The notes under the pieces were generated by a model. That model made no database searches and was not told where the DNA came from. It saw only the letters and a program-made list of their open reading frames with translations. A stretch of 63,333 nucleotides of DNA from Xylographa opegraphella. Lineage: Eukaryota. This document shows positions 11,991-23,364 of this stretch, piece by piece (positions within the stretch are counted from its first letter, which is position 1; each line of letters starts with the position of its first letter). Where the stretch lies: contig JALDZX010000084.1 in the NCBI GenBank assembly GCA_022813865.1, forward strand, positions 1 to 63,333, given 5' to 3'. A program made the position numbers and the translations under genes.

Positions 11991-14900
11991 ATGGATCAAC
12001 AAGGACAACTAGGAGTGCCAGGTCCGTCGGGACGGAGGTTGCACATTGCCCACAGACGGAGTCCATCGGAAATGACCCCCATGATAAGTGAGTAATTTGC
12101 TTATTCTCATAGAATCTTTATGACATCCAGTCTGCCTTCTAGAGAAGGGTTAGTGGACTTTATACTCACAATTCTAACACTTTTACTTAGTGGAACAATT
12201 GGCCCTTCAGCAACAGATCGAACTGCTACAGCAGCAGCAACAGCAAATTGCTGCCACGCATCAGCAATATGTCAATATGGGAATGATTCCGCAGCAACAA
12301 CAACTACCTACGGTGAATTACCCCAATGCACAAGGACAGGTCTCCATGGGTGGAATGCCTACACATGTAAATGCATTTCAGTTCCCGCAACAGCTACAAC
12401 AGCCCAATCAACTCGGTGTGCCAATGGGCGCGCCAACCCAACCCTCATCACATCGCATGAACCAGTCGGCACTTCCCAACATGAGCATGGGCCCACCACC
12501 TGCACCCTCGTCCGGTGCATCCGGATCGGCGTTCGGAGATTTTAGCCAACAGAATCTAAACAACCAAAATCGAGAAAATGGATCACAACGGGGTGGACGT
12601 GCTGGGGGACCACCTGGTGGGGGCCATCAGCGACGTCATTCTCTTGCTTTGCCAGAAGCCAAAAAAGCTGCCGAACTAGCTCAATCCCAACGAAAGACAT
12701 CAGGGTTCCAATTTCCTATCCCTGGTGCCGGTGGTGCTTCCCCGTCCAGTACCAATCGCTCCACCAGCCCAACTGGCTCGGACGAAAAAGGTAACCAAAC
12801 CCAGCAATCGCTTTCGAGTCAATCCGGTTTGAGTGCTCGTGCAGGTAATCGTGGCCAACTTGGTCATGGCCGCAGCCAGAGTATGGCAATTGGTAATGGT
12901 CGAGGAGCCGGGCAAGGTCGGGGCGTTGGTGGTTTTCAATTTCCACCACCTATGGCTACAAATGATGCGGGGTCCTTGAGCGTAAATCAGTCCGACTTCC
13001 AACGTCGTGGTAGCGCGAATGGACACGGGCGGACCTCGTCCAGAAATTTCGACGGAAACTGGAGGCAGCAGAGTAATGGCCAGCCGCAAATGCAGGACCA
13101 GCAGCAGCCAATGGGCGGGTTCAGTCAGCCTCAGAACCCCAATGCCAATGTCTTCCAGCCTGGTCATCGGGTTCGAGGACCAATGAATCAGTCCATTAGC
13201 TCTATCGGTTCCTTCCAATTTCCGCCCCAGCCTCAGTTGGTCCAACTACCACAAGGGCAAATTATGGTACCACCACAAATGTTTGCTGGACAGCAGCTTA
13301 ATCCGCTACAAATCAATCAGCTTCAAGCGCTACAGGCTGCACAGATGAATGGTCAGTCATTTGGTGGCCTTCAAAGTAGTCAGCACGCCCAACCGCAGTT
13401 ATCTGCACAGCAGCAACAGCAACAGCGAAAGACGCTATTTACCCCATATCTTCCACAAGCAAGCTTGCCAGCTCTGCTATCTGATGGTCAACTCGTAGCA
13501 GGCGTTTTGAGGGTCAACAAGAAGAACAGGAGCGACGCGTATGTCACAACTACGGACCTGGACGCAGATATATTTATCTGTGGTAGTAAAGATAGAAATC
13601 GTGCTTTAGAAGGAGATCTTGTTGCGATTGAGCTTCTAGACGTGGACGAAGTCTGGGGCCAGAAGAGAGAGAAAGAGGAGAAGAAAAAACGAAAAGATAT
13701 CACCGATACCAGAATCAGTAGCGGTACCAGTAACGACAAGCCTTCGAGAGGCGATTCGAATGCTCAAAATGACAACGGACAAGGAGGAAACGAAGGTGGC
13801 CTTAGAAGGCGTGGCAGCCTGCGACAGCGGCCAACCCAAAAGAAGAACGACGATGTCGAAGTGGAAGGCCAGAGCTTACTGCTAATGGAGGAGGAAGAGG
13901 TAAACGATGAACAGAAACCTTTGTATGCTGGTCACGTAGTCGCGGTCATTGAACGTGTCCCTGGTCAGATGTTTTCCGGGTATGCTGATTAATACTATTT
14001 GGTCAATAGACAAGCTAATGATATTTAGAACACTTGGTTTATTGAGGCCTAGCAGCCAGGCAACTAAAGAGAAACAAGAGGCAGAACGTCAGCATCGTGA
14101 CGGTAGCTCTGGTCGTCACCAGCAGGAGAGGCAGCAAGACAAACCTAAGATCGTATGGTTCAAGCCCACAGACAAGCGTGTGCCACTCATAGCTATTCCC
14201 ACCGAACAGGCTCCGCGTGACTTTGTGGAGCGTCATCAAGACTATGCCAATCGCATCTTTGTTGCTTGTATCAAAAGATGGCCAATCACATCGCTTCATC
14301 CGTTCGGAACCTTGGTGGAGCAGCTCGGTGAGATGGGAGATCTCAGAGTGGAGACAGACGCACTGCTACGCGATAATAACTTTGGTCCTGATGACTTCTC
14401 AGATGCGGTACTGAAAAACATCGGATTTGATGAGTGGTCTGTTGAAGGTGAGACTGAGGACGCATTGGCTGCTCGACGCGATTTCCGGAATGAAACCACC
14501 TTCACGATAGACCCCACCGGAACCCAGGATCTTGATGACGCACTTCATGTCAAGGATCTTGGGAACGGAAAAGTCGAAGTTGGTATTCATGTTGCGGACG
14601 CTGCGCATTTCGTCAAGGCCAACTCTCTCGTGGACAGGGAGGCTAAAAAGCGAGGGACCGGAGTGTACCTAATGAATCGTGCTGTCAATATGCTTCCTCC
14701 ACGCTTATCGTCTGAAATATGCTCCTTGAGTCCTGGTGAAGCCAGATTCACGGTCAGTGTTGTCTTCGAGGTCGACCTCAAAACAGGCGGCGTTGCCGAA
14801 GATAAGACGTGGATAGGCAAAGGTATCATCAACAGCTCTGGGAAGCTCACATATGAAGAGGTTGATGCTGTTATTCGTGCTGGAGAGAAGGTCAAATTGC

Positions 14901-16478
14901 AAGGAGCTACCATTGAAGACATCGAGATCCTTAAAGTAAATCCTGCGTTCTTCGTTCATGTCTATTATTATGCTAATACCTTTTAGACTATCGCACAAAA
15001 GTTCCGTGCCGTACGCTATGGTAGTCAAACAGAAAACATACCCTCACTACGACTTCTTTACCAGCTGGACGATGAGAATGTCCCTGTCGAGCACAATATC
15101 TTCGACTCAAGTCCCGCTCACGAAATCATTGAGGAGCTCAGCTACAAAGCAAACTCCTTTGTAGCACAAAAAATTGCTTCTGGTCTTCCAGATAAGGCAC
15201 TTCTGCGTCGACATGCGCCGCCAAAGGCTGGGAGACTCCAGACATTTGCCGAAAGGATGACGAAAGTTGGCTATGAGATTGACACTTCCAGTAGTGGAGC
15301 GTTGCAGAACAGTCTTTTCAAGGTTGAGGATTCCGACATGCGGAAGGTTAGTACATCTTTTCTATACTGGATCATGCTAATATATCACGAAGGGTATGGA
15401 AACACTTCTGGTGAAGACAATGTCTCGTGCCAAGTATGTAGTATGTGGTAAAACACGACAAGACCAGCTTCCTCATTTTGCTCTAAACCTCCCACTCTAC
15501 ACGCATTTTACGAATCCGTCTCGCCGGTATGCAGACATCGTAGTTCATCGTCAGCTTGAAGCTGTACTGTCAAACGGTGCTATCGAGTTCAACGAAGATA
15601 TCGAGAACCTGGTAAAAACCGCAGAGCTGTGCAATACCAAGAAAGATTCTGCTCAGGCAGCACAGGAGCAGAGTGTACATATAGAGTCATGCCGGATCAT
15701 GGATAAGAAGCGCAATGACCTTGGTGGTGATCTTATCAGTGAAGGTATCGTCATCTGTGTCTATGAGTCTGCTTTCGACGTGTTGATACCTGAATACGGC
15801 TTTGAGAAGCGGGTACATTGTGATCAACTTCCTCTTAAGAAGGCCGAGTTTCGCAAAGAGTCTCGTGTTCTTGAGCTTTATTGGGAGAAGGGTGTCACTT
15901 CGTCCGCGTACGTCCCAGAGGACGAACGTCCGTCCAAGGGCGGCCGCAGTATGAACAATGGACGTTTCATGAATGGGTCACAACATACTGTGAGAGAGCC
16001 AGAAATCTCCCGGAAGCAGACCGATATCGGTACCATGTCTACGGACGACGTTGACGCTCTATTCGACGACGACGACGATGAGGCCTCAGGAATTACTGAG
16101 ATGACTGCTGGTGTATCGCTCGGTCTACCCTCTACAGCCGACCGACCAACACAAAGTATGCCCCAGACGCCGACACGAACAAGTCCCTCCAGTGACTTGC
16201 ATCGCACCCAATCTGACTCTCGATTTGCATCAGGTGCTTCCGGGGGTCCTGAGGCCCACCTTTCGGACAAGGAGAGATATCTCAAGTTATTCAAATTGAG
16301 AGAAGAGGGAGGAGAATTCATCCAAGATGTGACGGAGATGACAAGGGTACCGGTCATACTCAAAACTGACTTGACAAAGAGCCCTCCGTAAGTTCTGTTT
16401 GATAGGATTTCTTGAGTATGGTACTGACGAGTACACAGATGCTTGACAATACGGTCCATGAACCCCTACGCGCTTTGA
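11991..16478 (+). CDS. SSD1: Ssd1/Gul-1 RNA-binding protein (RNase II/Dis3L2 family)
   Basis: Six exons: 11991-12087, 12191-13979, 14029-14935, 14987-15346, 15393-16387, 16439-16478. Q-rich N-terminus with HxRxxS Cbk1/COT-1 sites (HRRSPS, HQRRHS, HGRSQS, HGRTSS). Also RKTLFTPYLPQ, DIFICGSKDRNRALEGD, KPKIVWFKPTDKRVPLIAIP, RNB motif YTHFTNPSRRYADIVVHRQL, and C-terminus PCLTIRSMNPYAL. Confidence 0.96.
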
Positions 16479-17829
16479 TGTATGCAGAACGGATCCTGCT
16501 ATCCCACATTGCTTAAGCCGTGCTCTCCATGGGGCTTCTATCTCGCATGAAGAGGGTTTTGTACAAGCTTATCATAGCAGGGCTGTTGGAGTATCGCTGG
16601 CAAAGACATAGTATTCAATCCTTGGGCACGGTTTAGTGGGCGACACGCTTTGCTCTTATGTATATTCATAGTAGCCCTACGGTGCTCTTGCAACCACATA
16701 ATTCAAGCTGATGTCCATAAGATGATCTACAAGCGCTGCTTGAGTCTAGATCAACCTCGATGTGTTAGTAATGCTGTCTACGGTAGCTTATTGGGTTCTC
16801 TACCGCCGCTTTCCTGCCGACCCAAGCCTTTATCTACCTTATGCGGACTGTCTTCTGGTTACTTTTCTTGGGCTGTTGTTGCACAGACCTGGGGCATAGC
16901 TTCATGCTGATTCGGGTAGTGCGTCCCAAATGAATCTTGTTTGTAACTTGAGTACAGAACGCTTACAGGAACACGAAGCAAAGCACTATTTGTCAAGGGT
17001 GACCTCGAGATGGGTCAATGCACAGAAACCAATCCGTAAACCAGTTGAGAGTTTGATAAGGGGAGGCTCGGCTTCAATGTCGACGAGGGAATTCTATTGC
17101 AGGAAACGAGCAACAAAGATTCAAAGGAAGTCTTTTCCTGGACAATTACCTCACGGCATCTTGGATGCGATACGATGAGTTTCCCATAGCTTTATAATAG
17201 GGTATGGAGTAGAGCGTCCTAGCATGATTTTTAGCAACCCCATTTTGTTTCATGTGGTCCGTGGCTGTCTGGAAACATGCTACGTGGGTGTTTGCTTTCT
17301 TAGCCTTCAATATACAGAGGTGCGGCGTCGGCCAGTTCTTGCAAAAGAAAATATTGTTTCTTGTCAGTACAGAGATACACCCGAGACGCTATTTGAGTCA
17401 TCAAACATGGGACCTGCAGATCATTGCCTCAACGTCGGCGGCTGGAGCAAGGGGCAGCGCTAGTGGCGGGACGCCGAGCGCCGTTTACGCCTCGTTACCC
17501 GTGAGCCAGGGGCCAGGGGTACCTTGAAGAGGAACACGAGCGAATGATGCACAACGACTGGCTTGCGCAAATTAGACCTGTTTCGAACGGTGCCGGCGTG
17601 GAATTCTTGGAGCTAGACTCTGTACCTGTGAGCGTTATGAACGGGAAAACCGACAACGGTCCAACGGGGCTAACCTGGTCCTACACCCCTTACAGGGTTA
17701 ATACGAGGATGGTCCGCACTTATATATGGATCCCCATATCAACATGTCCACAACCCCACAGCATCTTCTTCTCCTCCCCGCCTACCAATATTCAAGTCCG
17801 TGATCCCAAACCTCTAAAACACCATCACC

Positions 17830-18671
17830 ATGCTTTCCATCACCATCTCCCTACTCGCCCTCCTCAGCTCCGCCGTCGCCCAAGACGTCGTTTCCCTACT
17901 CATCCCAGACACCGACACGCAGAACCTCGTCGGCGAAGTGATCGGGATCGTACGTTCCCCAGCTGTCATCCTGTGGGCTATTCCCTCATCCACTAACGAA
18001 CGTTGTCTCCAGAGCCCCACCGCCACCACATACGTGATCCAATGCGCGCCCGGCACCGACGCGAACGACTGCGGCTTCGCCAGCCCGTTCACCCTCACCG
18101 AAGGCCCTTCGACAGTTGCATTCACCCTCACCGAAGCCCTCCCGGCTGACTTGTAAGTCCCTCCCTCTCCGGCCCCCAAAACAACCGTTTCCGCCCAGCC
18201 TAGGTGGGCCCCATCAAAGCAAAAAAAAGGCTAATCTCCCCCCCTTTACCAACCAGCACCGCCGCCGTCAACTGCGTCGTGACCGGCTCCCCCATCACGC
18301 AAGCCCTATGCGCCCAGAGCGTCGGCGGCAGCGGCGCCAGCGGAATCGGCTCCACGACGCTGCAGCTCAACTCGACGGACATCACGCTGTTCCCCGTCAG
18401 TATCACGGGCACCGCCACCGGAGTGGGGGCCGCGACCGGATCGCCGTCTGCGGTCTCTACTACGGGCACGGGGTCTGGGGCGGCGACGATGTCGGGAACG
18501 TCGACGGCTGGTGCTGGGGCTGCTAGTACGGGCATGACCTCTACACCGACGGGGACTGCGAGCGGGGCGAGTGCTGCGAGCCCGATGCCGACGAGTGGTG
18601 CGGCGCGGACGGCGGTGAGGTCGGTGGTGGGGTTGTTGCTGGCGGTCGGGGTGGTGGTGGGCTCGGTGTAG
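17830..18671 (+). CDS. Small secreted Ser/Thr/Gly-rich, probably GPI-anchored cell-wall protein
   Basis: Signal peptide MLSITISLLALLSSAVAQ. Exons 17830-17949, 18013-18152, 18257-18671. Four-Cys N-domain (QCAPGTDANDCGF...NC...LC), STG-rich stalk, omega-like TSGAA followed by a hydrophobic tail. Confidence 0.85.
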
Positions 18672-19233
18672 GGCGCTTCTGGGGAGGAAATCATGTACGT
18701 GTTGGAAGGTAAGAAATGGATAGTTTTCTGTCAGCTAGCGAAGCATCTGTGGGCGTGTTCGATACGTGTGCAATGGGTTGTATAGAGAGGAAAGCATTGG
18801 ACATGAGGGCATTGCATAGGGGATCTACAATCTACTTACGGTGGTTGTGTAAATAGGAAAGCATGGGACGTCAGGGCATCGCCTGTGGATGCTAGACCGT
18901 AGGAATGAAGGTAGCGCACAAGAGAAAACAGTATCTACAGTTCCACGACTGTAATGGCGAAATTATTCTTTACTACTTCTTCAACCATGGGCTTCGCACA
19001 TCCGCTGCCTTAGTAATTATCTCAGCTTTCCCGGCATCAAGGAGCTGACATCACAGCAACGCTCTCATCGTTTGGAATCCAACAGTAACTATAGGAGGAT
19101 ACTCCATAAAGCTTGTGGGGCAGCATATAGATTCTATTGTTGCACTACCCTATTAACTCCTTGGAAACCCTAGCTCGGTTGCGATTAGCTCCGCTCAAGG
19201 CGGCAGTAACAACAACGTCCGCTTCCCCTTTGC

Positions 19234-19900
19234 CAGGCGGACGCCGGCGACGTTCTCTAGGCGCTTGAGAAGATGGTTGAGCAAGTCGGACAGCAATACG
19301 GCATGATGAAATCCCAGTGCTCAACGCAGGTCTTCTGCCGATGATGGATCTGGGTTCGACGGACGAGAGTACGTTCGATCGAACTGTAGCTGCGAACATG
19401 AAGGGCCGTCCGTCCTAGCGCAGGCATATTTCCGCTACTCCCCAGGGCAAGCTAGACCGCCAAACCGCTCAGTATCACATAGGCTTTCTCGGTGAGGTCA
19501 ATCCTTGCCGCATACGGGCACCATTGAACGAGATTCAGTCCCTCGTCTTGCTGGCCTCCCATTACAGAAAGTCATCCCCCGTTCGCCGTCCTCCAGATCC
19601 ACCCACCTGTCGAGCCTCCAGCGGCTTGTCGGCTTGTCTCTTCTAGAGCACTACCGCAGGCGCCATGGTGCAGATAAACCGCGTCATGCCATGGAACTCG
19701 GATGCAGGGGCATCCGCATTCATTGCATCGCCCCGGGACAGACTGCGAGGGATCTCGTCTGCCAGGGCATGAGCGAGTAGATGCTGATATCCTTTGCTGG
19801 ACTCAATCCTGTGGATAGGATGGGCGAGCGAGAGATGATCGCGGAGGTCGTAGACTTATTGGCGAGTGGGAAGGCGCATGTGCTGAGGGTGAATAAAGGG
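19234..19900 (+). pseudogene. Decayed short-chain dehydrogenase/reductase (3-oxoacyl-ACP-reductase-like)
   Basis: Colinear SDR fragments broken by stops and frameshifts: QADAGDV (19234), VLNAGLLPMMDLGSTDESTFDRTVAANMKG (19317-19406), GAMVQINRVM, then a frameshift into AMELGCRGIRIHCIAPGQTARDL...GMSE*MLISFAGLNPVDRMGE...IAEVVDLLAS (in-frame TAG at 19778-80). The 5' end may extend to about 18950. Confidence 0.7.
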
Positions 19901-20663
19901 TATGGCATAGGAGCGGATGGTGTCCAAGCCATGATGGGCGGTGGTGCCGGCATATCATGGGACGATAATTTTGAGTCCGTGAGCTTTAGGAGTAGGATGA
20001 AAGGTAACGAGATGTTTGCACGAAGTGCTTCTGTCCACCCTGGTATCCTGTTGGTTGGAAACGTCTTGGATCTCGAGATCGAGACCCGAAGCACCGGCCA
20101 ATAAGGCAGGCGATTTCTTGATGATTCCACACTGAAACTCTTTCCTGCAAGAACTCGTCGAAAGATCGATTAGGTGATAGCTCAGAATTGAGAAGCAACA
20201 GTGGCCAAGGGATTGCTAGCATCACTGCGTCTTTGAAGGTCACAGGGATGACCACAGCTGGCTCTCCAGTTTATTCGGCTACATGACTTTGGGTGGGAGA
20301 AACATCGAATTCCCACAACGAGCACTCACGCAATATGGCGGGCGGCCTCGGAGCCAGAAGGCCAAAGATCGAGGACCCCTAAATTATAGCTACTGACTAG
20401 TTATATCTTAAAGTCCAGATAAGGGCTGCTTTTGTGTTGTAATCCTTGTACTTGTATAATTTGCCGGAATTGCGAACTGAGTTTGGATCCGCTAATACTG
20501 ATGCTGGAAGATGCTCTTGGCCCTTTATCGTGCACTGCCAGAGATTAAATTAGTAATGGTTTAGAATTCGGCCAAAGCACTTACTAGCTGCCTAAGATGC
20601 AAATGACTGAGAATGCCTGGTATTGCCTCCCGTTTAACCTTGGAAATCGAGTGTCTTGGTATC

Positions 20664-21152
20664 CTACAAGTGTAGACCTTCCTCTTCATCCCCTTCCATC
20701 CTTTCTCTTAATCTGCGAGCCAACTCTTCGTCGCTCAAGCTTCCACCACCTCCACCTGACCCTTCGGACCCTTCGGGTCGACCGCTGGTCTCGTGGCCTG
20801 CAGCTCCAGAATCTGCGCCACCATTCACCATGTCCACATCCTCTTCTCCGGGCTCTTTCCCGTCGATATCCGTAGGACCGTTGTCCCATAAGAAGCCTCT
20901 GCCCTCTACCTCTGCTTGCAAAAGCACGATCCTTTCCCTCATCCTTTTCATCACATCTTCATTCTCGCGAATGGCCTCAGCACAGTCTGCGTCGCCTTCA
21001 TCAGCAAAGGGTTTCAGCTGATCATTCGATGCTTGAAGGTGCGTGATCGAGTTGCGAAGCTCGGCAGCCTTAGCATGAAGAGATGAGAGCGGAAGATCGG
21101 GAAGTGCAGCAGCAAAGCGGGCCGGTGTTATGGGTGGGGCGTGTGAGGACAT
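20664..21152 (-). CDS. Conserved small coiled-coil protein, Tma17/Adc17-like
   Basis: Intronless 162-aa ORF. PITPARFAAALPDLPLSSLHAKAAELRNSITHLQASNDQL...CAEAIRENEDVMKRMRERIVLL matches my recollection of the fungal Tma17 family. Confidence 0.7.
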   Translation of the reverse strand: MSSHAPPITPARFAAALPDLPLSSLHAKAAELRNSITHLQASNDQLKPFADEGDADCAEAIRENEDVMKRMRERIVLLQAEVEGRGFLWDNGPTDIDGKEPGEEDVDMVNGGADSGAAGHETSGRPEGSEGSGGGGGSLSDEELARRLRERMEGDEEEGLHL

Positions 21153-21491
21153 TGCATAGCTTAGGTTTCAGTCGGATATGAAGCAGAGCTGTATATTCGG
21201 AGGTCTTTGGCTCATAGTATTACTTCATCGCGCTGTAGTCAGAACATCAGAGTTGTAGTCTAGTGAAGTGGCCAATCGAGGGACGTTGAGTAAAATTGCT
21301 TGGCACTCCTTGACGACATCAAATGCAAGGATCATACTTTCAACATCGACGCTCTCAACGCCGGCTCATTATTGCGCTTCAACCGCACATCTTCTGGACC
21401 GGTCCCGAATCCTAGTAGGAGATGCCCTTCTCTCGCGCTTTATGCTCATCTTGACCAGGCCTTTGGGTGCAACACGGCTTGACGGATTGCG

Positions 21492-23364
21492 ATGAACAAT
21501 GTCTCATCGGTGATATGGTGCACCTCGAGCGTGGGGCTGAGAGCTATAGCAAAGACCGAATATAGGCTCGTCACGCAAAACAAGAGGGATCTTCTAAAGC
21601 CGCAAGGCTTCTTTCAGTTCGCCTCGACCCTTGTGCAATCAAGAGGTGGTCCAATATGGACCACGATTCTCCAACCAGGCTTCAGCGTCAGCCCTCGTGC
21701 GTGTACAAAAGACTGCAGTCAATCTTCAGCCATTGCATCGCAATTGAGTAAATGGTCGCCGAAGATACCAGGGTCCACGATAAGCGTTCGGTATCATTCC
21801 ACTCCGTCAAATGCGTTTCGTCGGACGATAAAGAATGCCCAGCCTGGGTCACAAGAGAGGGTACCCAGTCTCTCCAAAAGTCGTATATCCAAAATCCTGG
21901 GTCCAGGGGTGACTTTAGAGGTGGGTAATCATCTACTCCAAACACTGCAAGAACTACGACATAGCGGTCGACTGGATGAAGAGGTTACTGCGCCTGGGGT
22001 AGATGGGGTTACGGTGGCAAAGGCTCTAGCATGGCTGCGGGATAAATATCCTTTTGATGAGGATGCAGCCATTATGCGGCGGATAGAAGAAGAACAAGGT
22101 GAATCCGATGCTGAACTTTTGGCAAATGCAGAGAAGGTAGGTATCTACAAGCCACAAGAGAATTCAGAGACCAGCAAGTATGGAAAATCTGGTCTTGATG
22201 CTATCCGTGAGCATTACGAGAAGCAATCAATTAAGAGCCAAGCGGATGAAATCCGACACGTGTCTCCAGATTCTGCCATGGTCCAGCATTCAAATCGACG
22301 AGCTGTACTTGCTCGACGCTCCGAGTCTGCCGAATGGGTCAAGCGGTACAAGGAGAAAGCCAAGCTCGACGATTTGGACTTTTCCGATGTCGCATGGCCG
22401 ACTAAAGTGAAGCGGCTTTTTCCATCGACGTTATTTGTTCTTACAGTGATATGGTTTTGTATACTGCTGGCACAGAACTACAAGCCCCCTCCGAGGCAAG
22501 CTCGACTGTGGCCTGACATGGCCCCTGCGGCGGCAACTATTACAGCAATTATTTTAATTAATGCTACTGCGGCAATGCTCTGGAGATTGCCGCCGATGTG
22601 GCGATTTATGAACAAATTCTTCCTTCTAATCCCTGCTCGTCCTAGAATCTGGAGTCTACTTGGAAACGTTTTCAGCCATCAGAGCCCTTTGCATCTAGCC
22701 GGAAACATGCTTGTCCTTTGGTTTATAGGAACAAGATGTAAGCATGCTCATCTACCTATAGCAGAGGAAAGGGCGTCAACTGACAGATCGTAGTACACGA
22801 TGATATCGGTCGGGGTAACTTCTTGGCCATTTACCTCGCCGGCGGCGTTTTTGCTTCTTACTTTTCCCTGTGCCGCTTTGTCTTGACGGGCAACCTACTC
22901 GATACGTCGCTCGGTGCAAGCGGTGCCCTTACGGCTATTCTTGCAGCTTGGTGTTCAATCCACGCCGGGTAAGTTCCGACCAAGTACTCCACTGCCTGTT
23001 TCTTCAGCGTGCTTCGGCTCTCGCCGCGCTGCAGCACTCGGGAACACGAAACATGTGGCTCCGCTAATTCATCCACAGTGAGCAATTCAGGATCCGTTTC
23101 CTCCCCCCTGAGCTAGGGCCCGTTATCTCACTTAATCTTCTCGTGATTGTGCTCGTGGCTGCGGAGATCTTGGGTATTATACGCGGCTACCGCAGTATCG
23201 ATCACTGGGCCCATCTTGGTGGATATGCTTCCGGATTTGCCGGCGCGCAAGCACTGAAGTATCGAGCGAGGAAGAAGCGGGAAGCAGAAGCACAAGGCAT
23301 CTCCCTGACGCCGGAGGACGTGCGACGAGTGGATGGGACAGGCAGGATAGGCGGGTCTCCGTGA
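21492..23364 (+). CDS. PCP1: Mitochondrial rhomboid protease (Pcp1/PARL-like)
   Basis: Exons 21492-22737, 22794-22968, 23079-23364. FSHQSPLHLAGNM, catalytic SLGASGA and DHWAHLGG. Basic, Ser-rich presequence-like N-terminus. Confidence 0.88.

Noticed and set aside
11452..12012. 186-aa ORF upstream of SSD1
   Set aside because: Non-ATG start, overlaps the SSD1 promoter and leader, and has no protein-like motifs.
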